Shown here: positions 57,058 through 64,000 of the stretch, piece by piece
Position numbering within the stretch: position 1 is the stretch's first letter
How the letters are laid out: each line of letters begins with the position of its first letter
Assembly (NCBI GenBank): GCA_964434325.1
Contig: CAYSUO010000001.1
Span: 16,513-80,512 of the forward strand
Length of the DNA stretch: 64,000 nucleotides
Direction of reading: 5' to 3'
Source: an uncultured Ruminococcus sp.
GTDB lineage: Bacteria; Bacillota; Clostridia; Oscillospirales; CAG-272
Notes under the pieces: model-generated
Told to the model about the DNA's origin: nothing
What the model saw: the letters and a program-made list of their open reading frames with translations, nothing else
Database searches by the model: none
Made by a program: the position numbers and the translations under genes

Positions 57058-57813
57058 TTATTTTTTGCACCTTGCCACCACGTAGATACGTTCGTCGCTA
57101 TCCCCTGCCGACTTGTAATTAAAATCGGAATACGCGCCTATAAACTCAAAGCCGAGTGACGCGAGATGCTTTTTAATGGAGCGCAACGTATACATTCTTT
57201 CTCTTTGGCGCTCGTCTGATCTTTTATACGAGCCGTCGCGCTTGCGTTCAAAGAGCGTGATATAAAAATCGCAGAGCCGAGTTTTCGGAGAATAATAATT
57301 TTGCCATACGCAAAAATTATCTTTCCCCTCCATGGCATAGACGCGCTTTGCGTAGATGTTTTCAAATTTATATTTACCGTTTAAGTCGAATATGAAAATT
57401 CCGTTTGGCGCCAAATAATTGTGCACAAGCGAAAGGCAGATGTCGAGTTCCTTCGGCGCGGCGAGATGGTTAATGCTGTCGAGGCAGGAAACGACGACGT
57501 CGACCGTTCCGTAAAGCTCAAAGGCACGCATATCCTGGCAGAGCCAAAGGATTTTGCTGTCAACGCCGAACGCTACCGCATGCTCTCGCGCCAAATTGAG
57601 CATTTCTACGGAATAGTCTATTCCTATCATATCGTATCCGCGAGACGCGAGCTCGACGGTCATCTTCCCCGTCCCGCAAGCGAGGTCGAGGACGAGATCG
57701 GGGGCATGCCCAAGCTCTCGCTTTATGAGCTCTTCGATAAAATCCGCCCAGCGCGGATAATCGAGCTCGCCGTTTATATCATCGTATATCGGTGCTATTA
57801 GATCGTAGATCAT
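57058..57813 (-). CDS. class I SAM-dependent methyltransferase
   Basis: SAM motif I VLDLACGTG. Confidence 0.8.
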   Translation of the reverse strand: MIYDLIAPIYDDINGELDYPRWADFIEELIKRELGHAPDLVLDLACGTGKMTVELASRGYDMIGIDYSVEMLNLAREHAVAFGVDSKILWLCQDMRAFELYGTVDVVVSCLDSINHLAAPKELDICLSLVHNYLAPNGIFIFDLNGKYKFENIYAKRVYAMEGKDNFCVWQNYYSPKTRLCDFYITLFERKRDGSYKRSDERQRERMYTLRSIKKHLASLGFEFIGAYSDFNYKSAGDSDERIYVVARCKK

Positions 57814-57916
57814 ATTTTCTCCTTTGTCGCGTCTCGCGCTTAGCTATCAATGCACTGTGTCAGGCTTCTTTCGGCGAAGGAAAGCGTAGCTAACTTCTCT
57901 GCCACTTGATAAGCTC

Positions 57917-60157
57917 CTAAGCTTCCGCAAAGCGTTCAATTATTTCGGAGAGGTCAAGGCGATCGACGGCATAAGCCTTACGTAAGAGCTCGGCGGGGAT
58001 ATACTCATCGTATTTTTCAAAAATAGGGCATTCAGAACCCGAAACGAGCGCCTCCGTGTCAAGGTCACCACGAGAAACGAGCTCACGAATATTTTGCATA
58101 AAAGCTCTGCCGCCGTTTTTGGAAGCCTTGAAGGTTATATAGCAACAGCCCTGTGACTGTATATCGGAAATTCCGAGGCGCGTAGCGTTTTTCTGCATAA
58201 GGCGTCGCATTGTTCTAAATGAACGCGTTCCGAGCCAAGGAAAGAAAACGTAGCTCTCGCCGCCAAGAAAAATTACGCTGTTTTTATCCATACCCGCTTT
58301 GCGGGCAACCGCCCGAGCACGCTCAATGCGTGCACGCGCATTTTCTCCGAGGAAAGGATAGCTCTCGTTGTTCAAAAGCACCTCGCGCATTGCCAAAAGC
58401 AGCTTTGTATGGATTTCGCCCGAATCGCCAGGCCATGAGACCTCCATTTTTCCTTCAACGCTTTTTACAAAGATAAGCCGCGCGGCAACGTCGACGTCCT
58501 TGACCTCCCAAACTCTGCCCGCCAAGGCGAAGCGATCGCCGACGGGAGGCGGCGTTGTTATCGTGCCTATCTCTTCGCTGTCGCAACGCACGGTGAAATC
58601 CTCGCTGTCTTTAAAAACGGCATAAAACTTAAAGGAATTTATGATTCTCTCTCCTTTGAGGCCGATTATAAGCCCGCCGCCTTCCGTAAGCTCCAAGAAA
58701 TCGCGATTTATCATTGAAACAAGCAATTCTTTATAGAGCGGCTTATCGATGACTTTAAGCGGAGGAAGAGAAAGCACCGCTTCCGCAAGCTCCTTCGGAG
58801 ATAGCTCACCGCGCGAGGCGGATATACTGAGCGTTTGATGAAATGCAAGACCGAGAGGCATTTTCTTTATGCGCGGCGGCTCGATGAAGCGCTCCTTGGA
58901 ATAGAGCGAAATAATGGCTATCCCGCGCAACATATCCCACGGAATGAGCTCTTGGAGCGGTGCATTGGGAAGCGGCATTTCCTCGCGATATACCATGATC
59001 ATTTCAGGAGGTGTTCCGCGTCTTCCCGATCTTCCCAGCCTTTGAAGAAAACCAGAAACGGTAGTCGGCGCGCCTATTTGCGCGACACGCTCGAGCCGAC
59101 CTATATCTATACCGAGCTCCATCGTTACGGTGGCGCAAGTGACCGCCTCGTGGACGGCGTCGTCCTTCATTTTTGCTTCGGCGTCCTCACGTATAGAAGC
59201 GGAAAGATTACCATGATGAATGAAAAACACGTCCTTTTCGCCTCGCGCCCTCGCGATTTGGCGTAGGGTGGCAGTGACGTATTCGGTCTCCTCGCGCGAA
59301 TTGGAAAAAACGAGCGCCTTCTTCCCTTGAACGGCGTCGTAGAGATATTCGAACCCAGCGTCGAGCGTCGCCGTTCTCGTTTCCGTATCAGGTTGCGTAT
59401 TACAAGACTCCGAGCCCTTTGCTTGACGCTCTCTGAGATCCTGAACGTAGAAATGTTCAAGCCCGAGCCGCCATTTTAGAGCGGTACGCACGGAGACGGG
59501 TGCGGCGGTTTGCCTCCCCGTATCGCCTCCAAGCCAATCGGCGGCTTGGCAAACGTCGCCCAGGGTGGCGCTAAGACCGACGCGACGCGGATGATGACCT
59601 ATTTTTGCGGCGATGCGGCTGAGCTGGCATAATATCTGACTACCGCGGTCGCTTCCAATGAGCGCGTGGATTTCATCTATCACGACGTAGCGAAGCGAGC
59701 CGAAAAGGCGCGGAATATCGTTTGAACGCTTCATCAGCATAGCTTCCAAGGATTCAGGCGTTATTTGAAGTATCCCGTCGGGCTCCTTCAAAAGCTTATT
59801 TTTATGAGATACCCCAACGTCGCCGTGCCAATGAGTAACGGATATTGCGCTTGCGTCAAGTAGCTCGTCAAGCCGCGAAAATTGATCGTTGATAAGCGAT
59901 TTTAACGGTGCGATATACAAAACGGAGATGGAACGCTGTGCTGGTGGTGCGGCACAAACATCGGCAATGATTGGAAAGAATGCAGCTTCGGTCTTGCCCG
60001 AGGCGGTCGAAGAAGATAGCAAAAGATTATCGTCGCTCTCGAATATGACCCGCGCCGCCTCTATTTGTATCGCTCGAAGCTCACGCCACGAGTGCGAATA
60101 GATATATTCCCGAATGAACTCGGGAAATCTTGAAAATACTCTTTCTGCTTCCGTCAT
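57917..60157 (-). CDS. Lhr-like DExH-box SF2 helicase (SngC-like)
   Basis: Motif I STASGKTEAA, motif II VIDEIH, motif III SATLG, motif VI QRLGRSGRR. Start set to ATG 60157. The ORF call begins at TTG 60196. Confidence 0.8.
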   Translation of the reverse strand: MTEAERVFSRFPEFIREYIYSHSWRELRAIQIEAARVIFESDDNLLLSSSTASGKTEAAFFPIIADVCAAPPAQRSISVLYIAPLKSLINDQFSRLDELLDASAISVTHWHGDVGVSHKNKLLKEPDGILQITPESLEAMLMKRSNDIPRLFGSLRYVVIDEIHALIGSDRGSQILCQLSRIAAKIGHHPRRVGLSATLGDVCQAADWLGGDTGRQTAAPVSVRTALKWRLGLEHFYVQDLRERQAKGSESCNTQPDTETRTATLDAGFEYLYDAVQGKKALVFSNSREETEYVTATLRQIARARGEKDVFFIHHGNLSASIREDAEAKMKDDAVHEAVTCATVTMELGIDIGRLERVAQIGAPTTVSGFLQRLGRSGRRGTPPEMIMVYREEMPLPNAPLQELIPWDMLRGIAIISLYSKERFIEPPRIKKMPLGLAFHQTLSISASRGELSPKELAEAVLSLPPLKVIDKPLYKELLVSMINRDFLELTEGGGLIIGLKGERIINSFKFYAVFKDSEDFTVRCDSEEIGTITTPPPVGDRFALAGRVWEVKDVDVAARLIFVKSVEGKMEVSWPGDSGEIHTKLLLAMREVLLNNESYPFLGENARARIERARAVARKAGMDKNSVIFLGGESYVFFPWLGTRSFRTMRRLMQKNATRLGISDIQSQGCCYITFKASKNGGRAFMQNIRELVSRGDLDTEALVSGSECPIFEKYDEYIPAELLRKAYAVDRLDLSEIIERFAEA

Positions 60158-60185
60158 ATCCCCTCGAATTAAATTCTGCCGTGAA

Positions 60186-61556
60186 TTAAATATCAATATC
60201 GAAAATTGTTACATTTTTCGTGCTTGCATTATCTGCCTGCGATGTCTCTGTTGAGCCTTCGCCGCCGAAGCTTTGCATATCATGCTTGGGCTTAACGAGA
60301 GCCGAAAACGGGATTTCGGGGTAGTCCTTCATAAGATTTAAAAGAGTGAGAAAATCGCGTATGATTTCACGCGGCGTTATCATCTCTTCGCTCCCTGCCC
60401 GTGCCAGAGCCTCACGCATAAACAGCTCTATATCGCCGCGGCTTATCGGTGAATCCGCAAGTCCCTCTCTTTGAGCATAAAGCTTTGCGAGGCGATGAAC
60501 GAGGGCGAAGAGCTCGTTATCGGACAAGCGTCTGAGCCTTATGACGGGCGACGAGAGATCGCGTAGCCCGAGTTCGGTGAAGCGCGAATCGGCGAGCCGA
60601 CTTCTCAAAGCGTCGTAGCTGAAAAGGCCACGGCGCGTATCTTCAAGGAATTGCGGGGTCCCGCCAAATATGACGGCGAGATTTTGAGCTTTTCCCTGCA
60701 AGGTGTCGTTAAATATTGCGAGAATCTTCTCATAGTTTGCTTCGCGCGATATTCGATTTGGTATCTTATACAAATTCACGCATTCATCGATAAAAATGAC
60801 GAAGCCCGCGTAACCCAAGCGCACAAAGAGACGCGCCTGTAATTTAACGAAGTCATACCAATTATCATCATCGATTATCGTGCTCACCGAGAAGCCGAGA
60901 GCGGCTTTCGCCTCGGTCTTGGTGGAGAACTCACCGCGAAGCCATCGAAGGCACGCGCTTTTCTTCTCGCCATTGTCAGCGAAAGACGCCGAATAATACT
61001 CACCGAGAACGCGAGCAAAATCAAAGCCTCCGACGTCACCTTCCAGCTCGAATAGCATCGCATAGACTCTTTGCTTCAATTCCGCCTCAAAGCGTGCATC
61101 ATCGGGAAAAATGCCCGAGGCGGCAAGCTCGCTTTTCACAGACGTGAAATAGCGCGAAAGTATCGTTGGAAGAGCTCCGCCGTCAGGCGAGGTCTTAGAT
61201 GCGAGGTTTTTCATCAGCTCTCTGTACGTGGCGAGACCTGCGCCTCCGCCACCCGTGAGGCGACGCTCTGGCGCAAGATCGGCATCCGCTGTAATAAAAT
61301 CGCGCTCTAACGCATTGCCGCGAATCAGCTGTATAAGAAAGCTTTTTCCGCTTCCGTATCTTCCTATGAGGAAACGGCACGCCGCGCCGCCTTGCCTCAC
61401 ATCATCAAGATTATCAAGTAGCGAAGAAATTTCATCTGCTCTGCCTATCGCGATATAGGGCGCTCCTACGCGCGGAACCACGCCCGCCGCAAGCGACGTT
61501 AATAGCGTATTTAGTATCCGCCTTGGAACTTTTATATCGTTACTTCCTGTATCCAT
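60186..61556 (-). CDS. P-loop ATPase, DUF2791/BrxD-like (SngB-like)
   Basis: Walker A GRYGSGKS and Walker B VIFIDE. Start set to ATG 61556, with GAGGT 6 nt upstream. 25-nt overlap with the upstream gene. Confidence 0.7.
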   Translation of the reverse strand: MDTGSNDIKVPRRILNTLLTSLAAGVVPRVGAPYIAIGRADEISSLLDNLDDVRQGGAACRFLIGRYGSGKSFLIQLIRGNALERDFITADADLAPERRLTGGGGAGLATYRELMKNLASKTSPDGGALPTILSRYFTSVKSELAASGIFPDDARFEAELKQRVYAMLFELEGDVGGFDFARVLGEYYSASFADNGEKKSACLRWLRGEFSTKTEAKAALGFSVSTIIDDDNWYDFVKLQARLFVRLGYAGFVIFIDECVNLYKIPNRISREANYEKILAIFNDTLQGKAQNLAVIFGGTPQFLEDTRRGLFSYDALRSRLADSRFTELGLRDLSSPVIRLRRLSDNELFALVHRLAKLYAQREGLADSPISRGDIELFMREALARAGSEEMITPREIIRDFLTLLNLMKDYPEIPFSALVKPKHDMQSFGGEGSTETSQADNASTKNVTIFDIDI

Positions 61557-63136
61557 TCGCAAACCTCATTTCTGTAATCGTCTATTAGTTTAAGAGCACC
61601 ATCCGAAAGCTCTATGACAACGTCGCCCAAGCGCTCGGCAAACCTTGCGTTTATCCTTTCCGAAAGCTCCTCGGGAAGTGCGGAAGCCGCATTGCAAGCG
61701 GCGCGCATCGCGGAATCGTCACCAGCCACGAGAGCGCGAAGAAACTCAACCTCCTCTTGAACGTCGGTGGTACAAAGAGGCGAGGCCTTTTCGAGTCTTT
61801 CGTCTATTTCATTTGATTTCGATGTGCTCTCGTCGTTTTTCAGAGCCGCGGCTTCCGAATATGCCTCGCTAAGCTCTTCCTCGTTAACAAGACGCAGAGT
61901 GCTCTTCCAAGAGGCGCTTTCTATTTTTTCCGCCGCCTCGAATGACAGCTCGCTGGCTTCGCCATCGTAAAGCTTCTCGTACTCGGGAAGCGACTTCGCG
62001 CGTTCATTCTTTTTCTGTGCTTCGGCGACCGTAGAAAAATAAGAATCGATTATCGTCTTGTACGTCTCTGGGAGCGCTCTTACGAGCAGTCGGCTTTTAA
62101 TTCCAAGCAAGGCGCGTAATTTATTTTCGGTGTAGCGGAGGGCTTCCGTAACGTTGGCGCGAAGCTGCTCATCGTGCGAGAGCGGGTAATACTCTATTTC
62201 AAGAAACGCCTTGACGCGATGAGTGCAAAGCGAGCCCTTGAACGCCTGCCGTACTATGCGCGAAGGCTCTATCTTGCGAGAAATCAAGCTGTTGTGCTCA
62301 AAGAGTGACGAGAGCAAAAGACGCATAGCGCCGAGAAGCTCCGCCCTATATTTTTCGCGGCTTTCGCCACCCGCATATTTTCCGCTTCTCCAATCGTAAT
62401 ACGAAAGATAGGCAAGCAACGCCTCGGTACTCTCTTCTGTAATATTATCGAGCTCAGAAAGATAAAATTCTTTAAGCTCGGATGAAAGCATTGCGTCAAA
62501 AAGCAGCTCCCGCATTTCACGCGTCGGGCACGCGAGCTGATATATCAAGCAATAGTCTTGGAGCCAACGAGAAAAGCGCTCATTTATATGCGGAAGCTGT
62601 TTATGATACGCACGCCAAAGAGAAACAAGGAGCGTAACACCGCTTTCGGGCGGTATCTTATCGGGAAGATTTAATATCTCATAGACAAGCAAATAGAGAT
62701 ACGAATAATCCGTCTGTAAAAAATCCCCTCGGCGTATCTCCTCGCGCCAGTACAAATAATAGCTTCTCTGCGCCGCCGAAAGCTGAGAATACTGCGGCAT
62801 ATATGAAAAGAACGAAACGAAATCACAGCACGGAGCCTTCATATCGTAATAGATAAGAGCCGCCTTGCGAAAGCTTCCGTAAAAATCGTATTTATCTATC
62901 GAACGCTTCACCGTTACGCTTTTTATAAAGGGCGAAGCGGGAACGTAAGAAAATGAGCCTCCGTCACTTGCCAATCCCTCGTAATTTAGCTCTCGCTCAC
63001 GAGAGTTTTCAGGCTCGGTGCCGCTTATAACAACATCCGCCACCATAGCCGCTTCCGAAAATCGAGAGTGCGGCCCGTTGTTTTTCTTCGGTATAAGCTT
63101 TTCGACGCTCCAAAAATCGTCTTTTTCACTATTCAC
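61532..63136 (-). CDS. TerB-N / TerB-C domain protein (SngA-like)
   Basis: TerB-N hallmark YMPQYSQLSAAQRSYYLYWREEIRRG. C-terminal INARFAERLGDVVIEL...IDDY resembles TerB-C. GTG start 63136 after AGAGGGGG. Confidence 0.7.
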   Translation of the reverse strand: MNSEKDDFWSVEKLIPKKNNGPHSRFSEAAMVADVVISGTEPENSRERELNYEGLASDGGSFSYVPASPFIKSVTVKRSIDKYDFYGSFRKAALIYYDMKAPCCDFVSFFSYMPQYSQLSAAQRSYYLYWREEIRRGDFLQTDYSYLYLLVYEILNLPDKIPPESGVTLLVSLWRAYHKQLPHINERFSRWLQDYCLIYQLACPTREMRELLFDAMLSSELKEFYLSELDNITEESTEALLAYLSYYDWRSGKYAGGESREKYRAELLGAMRLLLSSLFEHNSLISRKIEPSRIVRQAFKGSLCTHRVKAFLEIEYYPLSHDEQLRANVTEALRYTENKLRALLGIKSRLLVRALPETYKTIIDSYFSTVAEAQKKNERAKSLPEYEKLYDGEASELSFEAAEKIESASWKSTLRLVNEEELSEAYSEAAALKNDESTSKSNEIDERLEKASPLCTTDVQEEVEFLRALVAGDDSAMRAACNAASALPEELSERINARFAERLGDVVIELSDGALKLIDDYRNEVCEWIQEVTI

Positions 63137-63163
63137 TCTTTGCAGCCCCCTCTTTAATAAGAA

Positions 63164-63192
63164 ATTATATCATACAAATCGTAGCTTGTCAA
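63164..63192 (-). promoter_or_regulatory. consensus promoter TTGACA-17-TATAAT for the three-gene operon
   Basis: On the minus strand: TTGACA 63187-63192, 17-nt spacer, TATAAT 63164-63169. Confidence 0.65.
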
Positions 63193-63263
63193 TAATTATC
63201 CACGCGCTACAAACGTGGGGCAAACGCGCTACAAGCGGCGTTTACAACCCAAATGTAGCGTAG

Positions 63264-63304
63264 CAAAAGCCCGCGGTGCTTAGGTGCGAAGATTAGCCGC
63301 GGAC
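63264..63304 (-). terminator. probable terminator after ispE
   Basis: On the minus strand: stem GTCCGCGG/CCGCGGGC (one G-U pair) followed by TTTTG. Confidence 0.5.
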
Positions 63305-63366
63305 TTTATGCTACTATACTAATGCTTTAAGCCTATCACAAATATACAAATACGAGCTTTGAGCTT

Positions 63367-64000
63367 CTATCTATTTACGCTTTGCGCGTAGTACGCCTCG
63401 ATGCCGCCCGCGCATAGAGCCCGTGCCGCTCTCTCCGCCAAAGCAGGATCGGTGAACAAGCCGAAAACGCTCGGACCGCTACCGCTCATAAGCGCGACCT
63501 CCGCTCCGAGCGCAATGAGCTGTGCCTTTATTTCCCCCGCTTTCGGACAGGTTGGAAGAATGACCTCCTCAAAAACGTTAAACAGTGATTTTGGCGCGAG
63601 TCTCGTCCATTTAATATCGGAAAGCATTGTGTGTAGCCTATCCGCACTGCCCGTTTCAATGCTACCGTCAAATGACGAAAACCTATCGTCAAGCAGTTTA
63701 TAGGCAACAGGAGTCGAAACGTGCTCATCGGAAACGGCAACGACGATATAAAGAGGAGGCACTGACGAAAGTTTTGTCAATCGTTCGCCCCTCCCCTCGC
63801 AAAGCGCCGTTCGTCCCGTTAAGCAAAAAGGAACGTCGGATCCAAGCTCCGCCGCGAGCTTCAACAGGGCACGCTCGGCAAAAAGTCTGCCAAATATCTT
63901 GTTCATACCCCTAAGCACCGCCGCCGCGTCCGTCGAGCCACCTGCGAGCCCTGCGGCAATGGGAATATTCTTCTCCAAAATTATTTCTATATCCGCCGTT
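63367..64000 (-). CDS. ispE: 4-diphosphocytidyl-2-C-methyl-D-erythritol kinase, 5' end outside the window
   Basis: GHMP kinase motif IPIAAGLAGGSTDAAA. The frame stays open to nt 64000. Confidence 0.9.
   Translation of the reverse strand, partial: TADIEIILEKNIPIAAGLAGGSTDAAAVLRGMNKIFGRLFAERALLKLAAELGSDVPFCLTGRTALCEGRGERLTKLSSVPPLYIVVAVSDEHVSTPVAYKLLDDRFSSFDGSIETGSADRLHTMLSDIKWTRLAPKSLFNVFEEVILPTCPKAGEIKAQLIALGAEVALMSGSGPSVFGLFTDPALAERAARALCAGGIEAYYAQSVNR

Noticed and set aside
1-64000. CRISPR arrays, tRNA/rRNA genes, IS elements, integrases
   Set aside because: Scanning the intergenic regions and ORF translations by eye found no regularly spaced direct repeats, no cloverleaf-like or rRNA-like segments, and no transposase or recombinase motifs.

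Overview
The window looks like a chromosomal segment of a Clostridia-type Firmicute. The basis is gene content, AACGGAG-type Shine-Dalgarno sequences and TTGACA-17-TATAAT promoters. It is mostly housekeeping. Left to right: dinB; an orphan sensor kinase; gltX; an AraC/GH4 alpha-galactosidase pair; RpiR plus a flavoprotein; a cmk-plsC fusion followed by ispH and rpsA; MarR plus nitroreductase; MarR plus a heterodimeric ABC exporter; NUDIX; a class A PBP; truA-ecfTA2A1; ruvC divergent from DUF951-ruvA-ruvB; a BspA-like LRR lipoprotein; rpe; an ispDF fusion; and a dcw cluster (mraZ-rsmH-?-pbp2B-murE-murF-mraY-ftsW-murG-ftsZ) that lacks murD, ftsQ and ftsA. After that come an MreB-like gene, recD2, metK behind a SAM-I riboswitch, PPi-type pfk, an SOD-like gene, hslO, a methyltransferase and ispE (truncated by the window edge). 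I found no rRNA, tRNA, CRISPR array, transposase or integrase. Two loci look accessory. The first (57917-63192, minus strand) is a tightly coupled three-gene operon: TerB-N/TerB-C protein, P-loop ATPase, Lhr-like DExH helicase. It has its own consensus promoter and matches the named but mechanistically unresolved Shango-type anti-phage triad, and it is the best candidate for a dedicated system here. The second (30090-31300) is a lower-GC remnant attached to the ruvB stop codon. It encodes a 5'-truncated phage minor-capsid/MuF-like protein with a JAB-like C-terminal domain plus two tiny coupled ORFs. Unannotated signals found by eye are: a consensus promoter feeding straight into a terminator hairpin (sRNA candidate, 14821-14926); a hairpin-dense repeat family with sequestered SD+ATG (3239-3504); about 500 bp of repeat-bearing non-coding DNA between the convergent ftsZ and mreB-like terminators; a 35-aa membrane peptide gene; and a recurring GCGGCGGAACGGAG translation-initiation motif. 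Every functional call rests on motif recognition from memory, because no searches could be run.
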